Below, piece after piece: positions 1-13,744 of a stretch of DNA of 64,000 bases. Positions within the stretch are counted from its first letter, which is position 1; the number at the start of each line of letters is the position of its first letter. This stretch comes from Octopus sinensis. Taxonomy: Eukaryota. Position numbers and translations under genes: made by a program. The notes under the pieces are model-generated. The model was given only the letters and a program-made list of their open reading frames with translations, made no database searches and was not told where the DNA came from. The stretch lies in NCBI RefSeq assembly GCF_006345805.1, contig NC_043000.1:159464001-159528000 (forward strand). Reading direction: 5' to 3'.

Positions 1-22
1 ATTTATAACCCCTATCTCAATT

Positions 23-59
<37 letters not shown>

Positions 60-159
60 TTCCAATCGTACTGGCTTTCATGGGAAACATGTATTTTTGT
101 GGTCGAAACCTTTTGGATTAACTGGTGCTAGAGTGAGCCATATAGTGACCACTCTCTTA

Positions 160-189
<30 letters not shown>

Positions 190-190
<1 letters not shown>

Positions 191-591
191 CTTTATATAT
201 AAAAGTAAGGTTGTGTGCTGTCTGTCTCCTACGATTTAGATTCCTAACTACTCCCACATTTTTGCGGTGCAGTTTAACCAAAACCGGGTATCTTATAGTC
301 GTGATTCATATCGAGCCCTTCTGGGTATTAGCGCGCGTCTACGATGAGTCTACGATTTTAAAAAGAATTTACCGTCAATTTTTCCCATTTTTAATGCATT
401 TTTGGCATATATAAGGGAAGTAACTCTCTAAAAATTTATTATTAAATCTCAGAACGTAAAAAGCTACAGTAACACACACCCACCCCTTTGTGGTTAGCCA
501 TATTGAGATGGCTATTATACTTTACATCTCTAAAAATGCTTATATAGTTATTTCCCTTACAAACCCGAGCAACGCCGGGCGATACTGCTAG
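190..591 (+). mobile_element. Non-autonomous Helitron (~400 bp)
   Basis: Starts TC(TTTATATATAAAAG) after an A. Ends with hairpin CCCG-AGCAACGC-CGGG, then CTAG (588-591) followed by T. This is the canonical Helitron A^T insertion with no TSD. Confidence 0.8.
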
Positions 592-635
<44 letters not shown>

Positions 636-742
636 TCTGGACATCGTTACTAGTCTTGTTAGAAATAACGTCTAAATTTCCCTGAAATCGAACCCGATCG
701 TTTCAAAATATTGTTGGATTGCCATGACTGGAACGTCTGAAC

Positions 743-784
743 TGTTTAATTCCAGTTCAGTCAGAACAGAACTGGAATTAAACA
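743..784. repeat. Perfect 16-bp inverted repeat with 10-nt spacer
   Basis: TGTTTAATTCCAGTTC (743-758) and GAACTGGAATTAAACA (769-784) are exact reverse complements. Confidence 0.9.
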
Positions 785-1089
785 ACAACGACTAGGCATT
801 TCGTCGTCAACTCACGTGCTGTCATGTTTAGTCACTTATTTCTCTTGCTCGTCTGGCAAAAGGGGCAGTCCTCATGGTCACTGCAGGTATTCATAGATCC
901 ATGAGATAGATGTCATTAATATTTGTGCTCAATCCCTCTAAAATGAATTTCGTGGGAAACATACGATCATGGAGGGAATTTAAGAGAGTCGACGATCTAG
1001 AGAAGAAAGACATGGCGTAGCGATTAGCGATGAGTCCTGATAGTTGGACACAAGGGTGATGACCCTAATTTAATCGACTGAATTAGTGA

Positions 1090-1416
1090 CCATAAGCGTG
1101 ATATATCAGTCTGTGTTTCTTAAAATTTTCCTCCAAAAATCAGTCGAACGGTGTATGGTTATGATTTCGCATGCATATGAAGTTCACTGTCTTTATAATA
1201 TTCCACAACATTATCTATCTTTAATATCTAACTGTAGAACACTTCCTTATGCATGATGCAGTGGACATTTTATAATTGATGGTCAGAGCTCACGGTAGAT
1301 TTTCTATTATACTTTTTGACACGCCGATTTTTCAAACATTTCATTTGCGGTGCTCCATCTGTAGCGAGACTCACATTTTGTGTCAAGTTAACATTTACCT
1401 TTACTTTTGTCACTCC
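1090..1416 (-). pseudogene. Decayed hAT (Charlie/SPIN, GTF2IRD2-like) transposase fragment
   Basis: Minus-strand translation gives VSLATDGAPQM and HCIMHKEV..ILKIDNV, matching the hAT TTDGAPAM and HCIIHQE motifs. It carries stops and frameshifts. Confidence 0.7.
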
Positions 1417-2496
1417 TTGTTGATGGTGTCTTCATAATTACCGGCTCTTTACATTTTAAGTTCCGATTTCACCGAGGTCGACTCAGCTTTTCATCTATTC
1501 AGGGTCAATAAGGACCAGTTGAATACTGGGGTCTATGAAATCAACTAGATCCTATCACAAATTTCGGTCCTTGTGTAAAAATTAGAAGATTATTACCAGT
1601 TCCTCAATTTTTCTGCTACATGTATATTTTCAGTGCCACATCATTTATATTTATATGTCCATCAATTGCGACAGGAAATACTGCAAAAAACTTAACTTTG
1701 CTTTTGAGTAGAGTTACCTATTAATTCATCAACTTACTGAACGTCACGTGTTTGCAAATGCTTTAAGGATTAGCGAGGAAATATCGTTTGCGGTCATCAA
1801 TATACATTTGTTTATAAAGTTCACATCTGGGAGAAAAAAACTGCTTCGATGCGCAAGCTATTTCAAAGGCAATCGTGTATCTTGAATTAACTGCATGCAG
1901 CATCACCTATGAAAGAACACATCAAAATAGTGACTGCCAAAACATTCGAAATTTTTATTCACGTATTTCTCCACAATATTTATCATACTTCGAAGCATAA
2001 GAGCATATCCAATGCTTTCGAATGTCATAATCTTCCCCTACGGTTATATATTACATATAAATCAAACATGTCCGTTTTTCATTCACATCAGCAATGATGA
2101 GTACAAGATTTTCTACTTTTCCTGTACAACTGGCCATACTTCATTAATTGCTCTTCTCTACGAAAATATGAAGTAGTTAAAGTAAAATGAATGAAGCTGG
2201 ATGCATGCAACGCCTCAGCTGATTCGAGAAACAGTACAAGTACATTAGTTTTATTATACATTTTGCTCTTGTAATTCGTACATACACGCACACGCAAGCA
2301 TGTTTAGATGTACAGATGAGGGGAAATATACACTTGATGCATATAGTTGAGCTCATTTATTTATTTGAAGCTGTGACTTCACTCCATCGCCATAACAAAT
2401 TTCTCGTTTCCGTTTTGTTCTTCATATCAAAGAAAGGGTATATTTTAAACCTGACAACATACTTCAGATCCTCGTGGTTTTCTTTTACCATAGACC

Positions 2497-2660
2497 CAGG
2501 CATGGTTATGTGGTTAAGAAACTCTCTGTGTAACCATGTATTTTGGGGTTCAGTCCCACTGCACTGCAGCTTCAGCAAATATTTTCTGCTACAGTCCCAG
2601 GTCGACGAATGTCTAGTATGTGAATTTGGTAGATGGAGACATGCAGAAGCCCACATATCT
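2497..2660 (+). mobile_element. tRNA-derived SINE family B, 5' portion
   Basis: GCATGGTTATGTGGTTAAG A-box-like and GGTTCAGTCCCACTG B-box-like head; homologous to 22725-23105 and 36175-36400. Confidence 0.65.
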
Positions 2661-3113
2661 ATCGTGCTTGTTCCACACCACTGATTGACAAACAGTGTCA
2701 ATGTTCTAGTAACTTAGGGACTTCACAAAGAAGGGCAGATAGAATAAGTTCCAAATATAAGTAATGGAGGCAATTTGTTTGAGTAAACCACCATTGAGTG
2801 TCTTAGCATGACCGTTGTCCATTGATTGAAATAAGGATAAAGACAAAAAGAAAAACGTATTCATTTCAAAGCAATGAGGAAAAGCCGTTTGTCACTAACC
2901 GGAAGAATGTGTTTTCTATTAAATTCACTTAGGCTACGTCGTTTCGGTGTCTACCGTACACATGTATCATTTCTATTTATATATCGTTTCAATGTTGATG
3001 GTATTAATTAATTTTCAATTCAAAATTAAACAGCACCACCAGAATCGGTGTACATTAACTTCTGGATAAATTCCTTACCTTACTGGGAATCACTTAACAC
3101 ATTTCTCGAAATA

Positions 3114-3149
<36 letters not shown>

Positions 3150-3504
3150 TTACATTTTCTTGTTTTCTTGCAACTTACCTGAAATTATATTAAAAGAAAA
3201 AAATCTTATTAGAAAATGTTTTTTTGGCGTAAGGTAAAAACATGAAAAGAGAAGTAGAGTATTAAATCAACCTAAATTCATTGCTGGTAATTAGGATAGA
3301 ATGGCAAAATCAACCTTGGCAGTATTTAAACACAGTGCAAAGTGATGGAACTAAGCACTACTAGGCTTTCATCCAATAAATTTTACATTCCACTAACATG
3401 CTGCTTTCAAAGGTCTAATAAAAATAAAACAATATTGCCGTAACTGAAATCGGCGCATTGTATAACTGGTATTTATTCTATCAACTCTGATACAGATAGA
3501 AGGT

Positions 3505-3506
3505 GA

Positions 3507-3546
<40 letters not shown>

Positions 3547-3548
3547 AA
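3505..3548. repeat. (GAAA)n microsatellite
   Basis: 11 consecutive GAAA units. Confidence 0.95.
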
Positions 3549-4211
3549 ATGTAATTTGTTATTTAAAGACACCTAAGTTCAGTACTGAAATAGATTTAGT
3601 CTGACTTTCAATAATTTCTGCTAATTTCACAGAAATGTTATTTAATAAAAGAGCATTGCTAGAAATAGTAGCCAAATCTCATTAAAGTCATACGATCTTA
3701 TATTATAAGCAGAAGACATTCGATACACTAGGCTTCAATGAAGAGAGGTCATTGAATATTCAATATATATGTGCACTTTCTTCGACATTAATAAATCAAT
3801 ATAAAGTTCGAAATAATATTAGTATTAAAAACATATAAACATATAAATATTTAATATTTAAAAACACGCAAAAATTTAAAATACGCAGGCATTTTAAAAA
3901 TATATAAACACATAAACATACACATAAATAGATATAAAAAACGTCGATAAAAACTCGTAGGTATTTAAAAATACTCATAAATATGTATAAATACGCAGGG
4001 AAAATAGAAAACATCAATATAATATAAGACATATTGAATTATTAATTTACACGATAAGATACAAGGGAATGAAAATTCACACGTTACAACACCGAGTCCA
4101 GTGGAAAGTTTGAAGTTATAAAACATTAAACGGACATACTAATATACGAAAATAATGTACAATGGATCCAAAAGTTTCATCGATGGGCCGTTTCGGAGAC
4201 GTGTCAGATAA

Positions 4212-4552
4212 TCTCTCTATATATAAACGGCAAAATGTCTGTGTGTGTGTCCTTTATAAAAGTTAACAATTTTTTAGTTAGAGGGCTCGCACTTTCTATG
4301 GTCATTCAAAACCGTCCAAGGGTGGTCGTGCATATCTTTACATTTCCCCAGTCACTACGCAAAGCCATTAAAAAATCAATAGAAGTGACATTCTGTGAAT
4401 TTTCTATCCAAAACCCAATCAAAATGACCGAAACTTGATACACCAATTGAATTCCAGCTAGCTGTTTGTGATTGGTCGGAGATTTGGACAGTACTCGCGT
4501 ATATGTGCGCACGCACGCAGCTGTATATGCATGCAACTAGCACTATGACCCG
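4212..4552 (+). mobile_element. Non-autonomous Helitron, 3'-truncated
   Basis: 5' TCTCTATATATATAAACGG...TGTCTGTGTG start. It ends in ACTAGCACTATGACCCG, identical to the left arm of the terminal hairpin at ~35447-35463; the right arm and CTAG are missing. Confidence 0.6.
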
Positions 4553-5233
4553 ATTAAGATTGTCCAAGCCCCATGATCTTTCAAAAGTAGGAAAGATAAT
4601 ACACCTGGGGCAGTTAAACACTACATATCATCTACCCACTCAACTGACGAACTTCTGTGACATACGCTATTAGGGCTGACAAAATTTCCACCGCACACAG
4701 TAAACACCATTATAATCTCAACCAACAAAACCACCAATTACTCTTTTACCAATGAACACAACTTTAAGCCGTAACATATGTTACAATCTAAGTATCGATA
4801 CCACCAATGTTACCATCGCCACGGAAACCATATTAATCGCTGAAATCGATGACGCACAAGCACACTGCCATCATATCTCATCCTCCCAATCACTCTCATC
4901 ATCAATAACACCACACACAAACACACATATGTATATACACACACAGATATGTATATGTATGTATATTCACAGCCCCCTGTCACCTTCTAAGTAAGAGAGA
5001 GAAAGAGAGAGAAACGGGGAGGGAGGGAGAAAAAATAACAATGAATGTAGTAGAATTTAATCACTCATTTAAATCTAAATAATACGGCTGCCACTCCAAT
5101 TATCTCATTTCTTTTTCATGCATTAATTTAAGTCGAGAGAATGATGCTGACCACCTAAACGAACGCACGAAAGCAACGACTTCGAGCAGCGACGGACGTC
5201 ATCGTAAGCTATGTACGAATATATATATAGGAA

Positions 5234-5625
5234 CTAGCAGTATCACCCGGCGTTTCTCGGGTTTGTTTTGACCCTTTAGAATTGGAATTTTTGAAAAGTA
5301 AAGATTTTGAATTATGTAGCTTGTTATTCTCTTTAAGTGAACATTTTTCTGGTTGAAATACACCGAAAAATGGCAACGCAGCAATCAAAAAATCGTAAAA
5401 AAATAGGGATTTTCATAGAAAAAAAAGCACCTTTTTGATGTAAATAATTTTTGGTGTTAACATGGTTCGATTTTAATTTCATCCTCTACGGAATGAAGGG
5501 CAAGCCTTCTTCTATCATACTCTCAATTTTGGTCAACTTGCGCCGCAGGGTCTCGGAGGAGATAGTGTTAGTTGAAGGCTACGAAACCTGCCACGCACAG
5601 ACAACTTCAGCTTTATATATATAGA
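5234..5625 (-). mobile_element. Non-autonomous Helitron (~390 bp)
   Basis: Minus strand starts TCTATATATATAAAGCTG and ends CAAACCCGAGAAACGCCGGGTGATACTGCTAG-T, nearly identical to the 3' end of 190-591. Confidence 0.8.
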
Positions 5626-6645
5626 TACACACACGCGCACGCATTACTGTATTCATTGTGGGTTTTACAAAGACGAATGAAGGAATAAATAAATACATAA
5701 AACCCATCTACTTTACACCGAAACACAGAAGTGCTACGGCTCTGCTAATACTTTCCTACATTCTTGTCTACGCTTAACTGATTCAAAGGCGCAACGCTCG
5801 CGTAATAAAAACAATGGAAGAAAGAAATAAAGAAGGCAGCTAACGTTTCACCATTTTCTAGTTCTTCCACCTCAGTCGTTTGTTCCTCATCGCTGATTCT
5901 GACGAATACATCTACCATTCTTGAATGAAAGAAAACAACAGCAACAAAGCTCCATACTTATCTTGGATATTCCTTGACTCGTGAGAGCCTAAAGGGATAT
6001 TTGATCTTTTCTACACCCATTTGGTGAACGCTTTCCCTTCTCCCCAGATCATCTAAGGTCTGTGAATATTTATGTGTGTGTGAGTGTGAGTGTGTATGCA
6101 TATGCATGAACATACATATGTGTATTCACGCATGCGTATGTGTATGCATGAATACAGATAGATACACGCACGTGTGCATATACCTACAGCCAATCAGAAG
6201 TGAGAAATCAGATGCAGAAATTACCGTGAGCATTAAAAAAAAACATTCTAAATGCAGGGTTCAAATCCAGCTGGATTTGACTTTACTTTTCATCTGTTCG
6301 AAGAACGTTGAATAAACATAAGCAAGTAATGTACAAGGGAATACTTGCAATTACTCAAGACATTTCAGGCTTGCACATGGAAAAAAAACCCCCCAAAAAA
6401 CTTAACCAGTTTCACCAACACGTACACGAACAGAAACGTTTACACTCATAAAAATACATATACTCACAAAGTTTTGTTTTGATGAAGGCCCACTGACCTA
6501 ATGAATGGCTGATCAAATGATTAATCGAATGATTATTATAATGAATGAAATTTCTTATTTATTGTTACTAATGTAGGCAGAGCATAGCTTGACAAAGACT
6601 ATAAGGCAACGGTCAAAATAATCTCTGGTGTTTACTTACAATAAG

Positions 6646-6876
6646 TATTTCTTTACTACCCACAAGGGCCTAAACACAGAGAGGACAAACAAGGACAGAC
6701 AAACGGATTAAGTCGATTATATCGACCCCAGTGCGTAACTGGTACTTAATTTATCGACTCCGAAAGGACGAAAGGCAAAGTCGACCTCGGCGGAATTTGA
6801 ACTCAGAACGTAGAGGCAGACGAAATACCGCTAAGCATTTCACCCGGCGTGCTAACGCTTCTGCCATCTCGCCGCC
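6646..6876 (-). mobile_element. tRNA-derived SINE family A, full length
   Basis: Head GGCGGCGAGATGGCAGAAGCGTTAGCACG, B-box GAGTTCAAATTCC, tail GTAGTAAAGAAATA. Many homologous copies occur in the window. Confidence 0.85.
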
Positions 6877-7454
6877 TTTTTAGTTACAATACCACTTCCA
6901 ATTTAATCAAACTCGTATTTAATTTTTTTCATATCTATTCTACTACATCTATCCCCTAAATTCCTCAACCCTGTTGTCATATTCAGACACCAATAATATC
7001 GCTGTAGTGACTTTAAAGATTAGTAATACATTTTGATATAGCCAAAGATGATCGTCGATAAAGGATTCTTTTGATCGAAGGCATTCCAAACGTGATAATT
7101 CCATCTAATGCGTTCTTTCTTTCTTTCCCAAATAGGTCGTGACTGAAGAGAAACTTTCTCGATCGAGTGACCAGAGTAAATGCTTCTCAGCACCACAACA
7201 TAGGCGGATGAAGCACAGAAGCCGCTGTTGCTGGACATTTAATTTTTGATTGAGTATTTAGTTAGGTTCCTTATCACTCTTGAGTAAAAATCTCGCTACT
7301 TTTGATATTGCCTTCAATCATTCAAATGTGGATATACGTTATCAATTAAACTGCCAAAATAGAAAAAAGAAAGAAACATGCTTCGTGAGGAGCGAAATTT
7401 TCTTTTCCTGATTTAGGAACAAGACTAGCAATTTTGAATCTTGTTATTCGTCAA

Positions 7455-8011
7455 TTTTATCGATTCCAGTACAAACTGGTACTTCTATTTTATCGACCCC
7501 CAGAAGTAGAAAGGAAAAATTGACCTCGATGGGATTTGAACTCAGAATATGGAGAGCTGGAACAAATACCGCAAGGCAATTTTGCAATAGTCTAACTATT
7601 ATACCAATTCGATATTCTTTTTTTATTCTACTCTAGGCACAAGACCCTAAATTTTTGGGGAGGGGGCCAGTCAATTAGATCGACCCCAGTATGCAAATGG
7701 GACTTAATTTATCGACTCGAAAGGATGAAAGGCAAAGTCGACCTCGGCGGAATTTGAACTCAGAACGTAACGGCAGACGAAATGCCTATTTCTTTACTAC
7801 CTACAAGGAGCTAAACACAGAGGGGACATACAAGGACAGACAAACGGATTAAGTCGATTACGTCGACCCCAGTGCGTAATTGGTACTTAATTTATCGACC
7901 CCGAAAGGATGAAAGACAAAGTCGATCCCGGCGGAATTTGAACTCAGAACGTAACGGCAAACGAAATACCGCTAAGCACTTCGCCCGGCGTGCTAACATT
8001 TATGCCAGCTC
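7455..8011 (-). mobile_element. Cluster of three family-A SINE copies
   Basis: Repeated GAAAGGCAAAGTCGACCTCGGCGGAATTTGAACTCAGAACG cores. A junction GACGAAATGCC|TATTTCTTTACTAC lies at ~7786. Confidence 0.85.
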
Positions 8012-8564
8012 AATATTAAAGGATATACAGCGATAGTTTTAGTACTAACAATTCTAGCGATAGTTTAGCAACATCAACAGTAAAACTTGTACTCATTTCA
8101 GCCAAATGAGAAGCTTTAAAATATTTCAAATATTGTAGCTCTCATTAATAACAACGTAAGCATCCTCGTTAACATTACAAGCAACAGTCAGCAGGTAATT
8201 CTGGTACCAAAATGCATGATATCTTTAATCCCGTCTTCACTATTTATTGGTAATTCGTAAAAACAAGATCCCGCGTAAGACAGTTCGGTACTCTCGATAA
8301 ATGCACAAACACCGTTTTAAGGGTTAGATAATTTGTACTGTTGTTACTGCAATAGTGAAACAATTATTAGTTAAAACTATTTATTGTACTTTATTGATTT
8401 TTAGAATAAGGTTGTTTTTTTATAGTATATTTTTGTACATGGTGTGAATAACGTCTTTCAATATTGAATTGTTTAATAGAGGTTTTTCTATAAATCATAT
8501 ATATATATATAAAATCCGTTCTGTGTGTGTATGTGTGTGTGTGTCTTCTTGAATCTCGGATCCT

Positions 8565-8885
8565 AGCATCGCCATCAAAATACAGGATCAGATACTGCAA
8601 CAGCTTGTGCCACAGGCGCCCACAGCTCTTTAATATCCTTCCAAAATGCCTGAGAGACCTGCATGGTGTGAATATAAGTGTCTTTAAAATAAAACAGGAT
8701 CTCTTCCTGTTACGGGTTCCAGACGAGCCTACCTCACGACAGGAAACATAGATGAGGGCAGCAGCATCAAACTCTCTGATTGACCAAATGCCTCATACCA
8801 AAGGGGGTTTCAAATAATGGTATAGTTCAGTCAACGGTGGTGCCCCAACACGACTGCAGCTAGGCAGCTGGAACATTTTAAAAAT
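8565..8885 (+). mobile_element. CR1-group LINE 3' end
   Basis: Translation RYCNSLCHRRPQLFNILPKCLRDLHGVNISVFKIKQDLFLLRVPDEP..RAAASNSL matches the GP.LFN.LP..FK..LD.FL..VPD.P C-terminal motif of non-LTR ORF2. A short UTR and A-rich end follow. Confidence 0.7.
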
Positions 8886-8886
8886 A

Positions 8887-8889
<3 letters not shown>

Positions 8890-8925
<36 letters not shown>

Positions 8926-9300
8926 ACATATATATGTCTCCACACACACACACATATATATATATATATACATGCATATATATATACATATACATACATA
9001 TATATATACATATACATACATATATATATACGTACATATATACACACATATATATACACATATACATATATATACACATATATATACACATATATATGTG
9101 CACATATATATACATATATATACACGCATATATATAGACATATATATACAAGCATATATATAGACATACACACACACACACACATATACATATGTATATA
9201 TATATATATATATACATACACAAACACACTAATATATATACACGTATGCGTTTATGTGTATGTCTGTAAGCGTATACATACATATGCATACATAAGTCAT
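8890..9300. repeat. Compound (TA)n/(CA)n microsatellite
   Basis: Low-complexity TA/CA tract; the source of the YI/HI-rich ORFs. Confidence 0.95.
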
Positions 9301-10789
9301 TTCATACATATGCATACCTCCTATTTTCATACATACAAATGAAACAAAAGCTCATACAATGCGAAGTAAATCATTATCTTCACGCTCCAAATAATTAGAA
9401 CAGCAAGAGAAGATGAGTGAAAGTAGGCGCTGAACCTTGATACAACTTTACCTCATCCGTAAATATGGCAGAATAAAACACAAAGAATATAATAAATTGA
9501 CGTCCTCATTCTCATCTCACCGCATTACCAAGAGACAGTGAAAAGTAGTAAAAGAGATTTCTTTCTGCATAAGTGCGTGTATCTACCCACTGGAACATTC
9601 CGCTCTGTATATAATTCTTTCATATTTTCTCTTTTATTCGAGATTTATTGTTTTATTTCAATGACTAACTAGAACAGCGTTGGTTTAGATATTCGTATAA
9701 CACACAACGTATCTGTAGTACTTTGAAGGCCAGAGCAGTGTGTCAAGGAGAAAGCTGTACCAGTGTTACTTTTCTCTCACACTCCCAGTAAAGGCGTGGA
9801 CGTAACAATCTGTGCATATCCCCATCTCAACTACACAACTCGTATGTTGCATATGTGAAAGATATGATTAATTATAATAATAATGGCTGGTGGGGCGGAA
9901 TATTCAGGGACGCATGCTCCATGAAATGTTAATAGTAAAGTAGACGCTGTCATAGTTAATGTAGTGAGCGAGTATATTTGAATTAAAGCAGGAAAGAACA
10001 CCCATTATCTGTGCAAAAACAAATGTGAAAGTCTGGCTAGAACACAGAAATTTTATTAATTCCAATAGCCTGGTACGACTTCGTATTTTCCCACATAAAA
10101 GTTGATAAATTAAATATTACTATAGTAGAGGTCATGTCAATAAGCCATACCTTTCGGTACAAAGAGAAGGGGGACGAATATGCATAAAAAGTAAATTGAT
10201 TCATTAGGAGCCAATGAGAGAGTCCCTATTCGGTCAATCAACATTCAAGAAACAGCGAAATCTTTGTCTAATTACCAATCCCACAGTAAAAAAATAGGGA
10301 GTAGAGGACAGGCTCACTACGTTTGATAGAAGACAGGATGGTCAAAACTAGGATATCTATGGATCGCTCTCTCAGGACTGACCTGAGTTAAACTGCAACA
10401 AATGATATATTAGAGTCATCAATGTATCATTTCTTAGAGAAAAACGGTGGATCTTATTTCCGCTAGTTTCTTGTTTTCATACATTTTTTTTTTAACTATG
10501 AAATTCGAACCCCTAAAAGGAATCTCTACTAACTCGCTTGACCTTATGAAAATAGCAATTACATCACACTTGCCTTGTTGAAAATAGAACAAAGTGGAAG
10601 ATATAACTACAGAAACACTGTAGCTGAACAGATTAGTCGGTCATGGCTTTTATGTCTAGAACAACTTTGACCATAGTTCTGCTTGATTAGACGGTACTTA
10701 TGTCGAAATAACAATAACAATACATCTCATTTCTACAGAATTGGTGAAAAGAAATCATTGAGGTCTGCGTAGAGATCCTACCCTAGTCC

Positions 10790-11520
10790 TCATTGCCTTT
10801 CAGTCTTACAACATCAATAAAATTCAAGTAAATAAGATAAATATTCATATCACTGGCAACATTTACTGCCACAAGAGCATCATTTGATTTCAGAATCCTT
10901 GAATCTAGGTGCTTATTTATCGCTACAGGAAATAAAAATCCTAACAGGCATTTGTTTTTTTTAAACAAGCCCAGTTTCACCAATATCGTGCACTTGTTCT
11001 GCGGTATAGCCTCCTACAGCAATCGATTTCTTCAGTCCTTCAGGCTAATTAGTAGCAGCACTGGCCTCTGAAATCTCTCAGGTATGTCTTCACTAACTAG
11101 AAAATGTTTTGAAACATGTGATGCACTTTCCACGTCGTGTAAATCGTCCAAGTTTCACCTTGCGCTTATTGAGTTTATCAACACAAAACACCCATTCTGA
11201 TTGACGATTCACACATTCAAGAAACATTTAGTACTAAACATCGCATAAGATCTGAGATACTATAATACCCGGTAATTAAAGTTCCTGCTTGAACACTTGA
11301 CTATCTTTATCTCATTATCAGGTATTTTTCCCACTGTAGACGTTACACATTTTAATGCTTTCTTCCTCGCGCTGTACCTTTTATCAGACATGAAGTTTAA
11401 CCCACAACCTAATACTTTTATGCTTCTTTTTAAAACTACTGCTTCCACTTCCAGTTGATGGTCATTTCTCAGAGATATTGGATAAAGGTAAAGCACTAAA
11501 TTGTACGTGTTTGTGGTTAA
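10790..11520 (-). pseudogene. Decayed pogo/Tigger (CENP-B-like DDE) transposase
   Basis: Minus strand gives PEGLKKSIAVGGYTAEQVHDIGETGL..MPVRIFIS..APRFK (cf. FPEELKKIIEEGGY.PEQVFN.DETGLFWK.MP.RTFIS). An upstream STVGKI resembles the N-terminal HTH. Multiple stops. Confidence 0.7.
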
Positions 11521-11944
11521 ACACAAAACAGAGCTAGGAAAATACGTCTAATAGTAAACCAGTAGCATCTGACGAAGGTAGGGGTGTTTTCTGACAGTAA
11601 AGTATATTTGTCTTATGGCTTTGGATGCAAAAGTAGAAATGAGAAAATGAATGATGTGGAGAAGTTATTTTGAAAGGTAGTAAATGTACGATGTGGCATG
11701 AAGTTAGTAGCAAAGGCTATATGTATGTTTGAGAGAGCAATGAAAAACAAAGTCAGCTGAATTCGTACCTGTATAAAGTAGGGGGGAAAGAGTAAGAAAA
11801 ATGTTGTTAGCAAGTATGCTGAGATCAATACAAACAAGGTATAAGGGTGGAATATAGTGCAGTTAGGTTAATTTTTAATGCATTTAGCATTAAACGTGAG
11901 ATTAGGGAAACTGTCTTAAAACGTTTATACGAGAAAAACAAATA

Positions 11945-12305
<361 letters not shown>

Positions 12306-12893
12306 AGGCCGTAGCAAAAAACAAAAAGGTAGCCAACCCAGGCATAAAAATAACGATAAGAGTAGAGTGGCTGTTTAGATTAAAGTGTCTCGCTAATATA
12401 TTATTTCCAGTAAAAGATATTATTTATACATATATGTGACAAATCGTTATTTTGTTAAAATTAACCCGAATTGGTAGGGATGGAACAGTATCCTGTATCT
12501 AGAAACTTAATGATTTCAATAAAAGCTGAAATCTGTAAACAAAATTTATGCAAAACGGGAGATTTCACAATGTATCGGTCGAATGGCGAAGAGGTTCATT
12601 TCACAAACTTCACGTTCCCTGGTTCAGTTCCATTGAGTGGTATCTTCATATAATACTTTATATGGCCTTGAGCCAAATTAAATCTCGTGAGGGAAATTGG
12701 GGAAACAGAAATGCGTTGGGTGGTTAGTAACTGTAATTCATATACACTGTGCCGTGATGATTCTGCCTGCAAAGTATGTGGATGATACATATACCAGTCG
12801 AATGTTCGCTCACTTACACATTACTTCAATGAACATGCAATTCGTTTGATTAACATCGCCATCGTTGAAGCCAACGGAGTTATATTCACATAT

Positions 12894-12925
<32 letters not shown>

Positions 12926-13520
12926 CATCTAAAGAATGTTTTTTTATATATCTTTCATTTTGTGAGTCTGCATAAAAATGGCTGCAACTGAGAACTTTGA
13001 ACTCGTGCACACTGTAGATATGGTGAAACTTGATATCTAAAATTGGATATCGTTCGTAAAATTCTACTGAACTTGGCACCCCACTTAACTAAACTTTAGC
13101 GATTCCTTTATGTAATAGAACTTTTCATTTGAACTTAACCTATACCTCCCCTCCACATATTTTCCCTTTTGCATTCTGTCTTGCCAGAATCGCAATTTGA
13201 CAAACGCAGTGAGGCATAGAGAACTTAATGTGGCATTTCTAAGACAATTTTGATAATGAAGTTATCGGAATTTTCGAAAGTAGATTAATACTGTGCCTTG
13301 AAATAACAACCGTCTCCTTCAAAACATCAAGGGTGCTTTATTATCTGGACAACTGTAAACTACACCATCAACCACATCAGCATATTTAACAACAATTACA
13401 ACGGATATCTATTGCATGCTATAGTGTTTATAAGACATTAGAGTTATTGAAAGAGTGTTAAGTGTCTGCGACAGTTTAGAAGGATTAGGATGTAAATCTG
13501 GCGTATATAATGATAACAGT

Positions 13521-13744
13521 ATAATAATAATAACAATCTTTTCTACTATAGGCACAAGGCTTGAAATTTTGGGAAGGGGTGGTGTTAGTCGATTATATCG
13601 CCCCAGTGCTTCAGTCGTACTTATTTTGTCGACTACGAAATGATCAGAGGCAAAGCCAACCGTGACGAAATTTGAACGTAAAGACCAATGAATTGGTGTC
13701 AAACATTTTGCCCGAGATGACATCGATCCTGCCAGTGCTATGCC
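13521..13744 (-). mobile_element. Family-A SINE (ATT-tail subtype)
   Basis: Diverged core with tail TTTTCTACTATAGGCACAAGG and AAT repeats. Confidence 0.7.

Noticed and set aside
8793-9289. Long YI/VY/HI-rich ORFs (also 19800-20677, 30137-30837, 11825-12170)
   Set aside because: They are stop-free translations of TA, CA and ATAG microsatellites.
11260-11526. VLGCGLNF resembling a Penelope ORF N-terminus
   Set aside because: Downstream frames give clear pogo/Tigger motifs (GGY..EQV....ETGL, MP.R.FIS), which explain the region better.
13165-13220. Acceptor-like site followed by SQFDKRSEA*, reminiscent of a neuropeptide precursor end
   Set aside because: Too short to distinguish from chance, and no upstream exons were identified.
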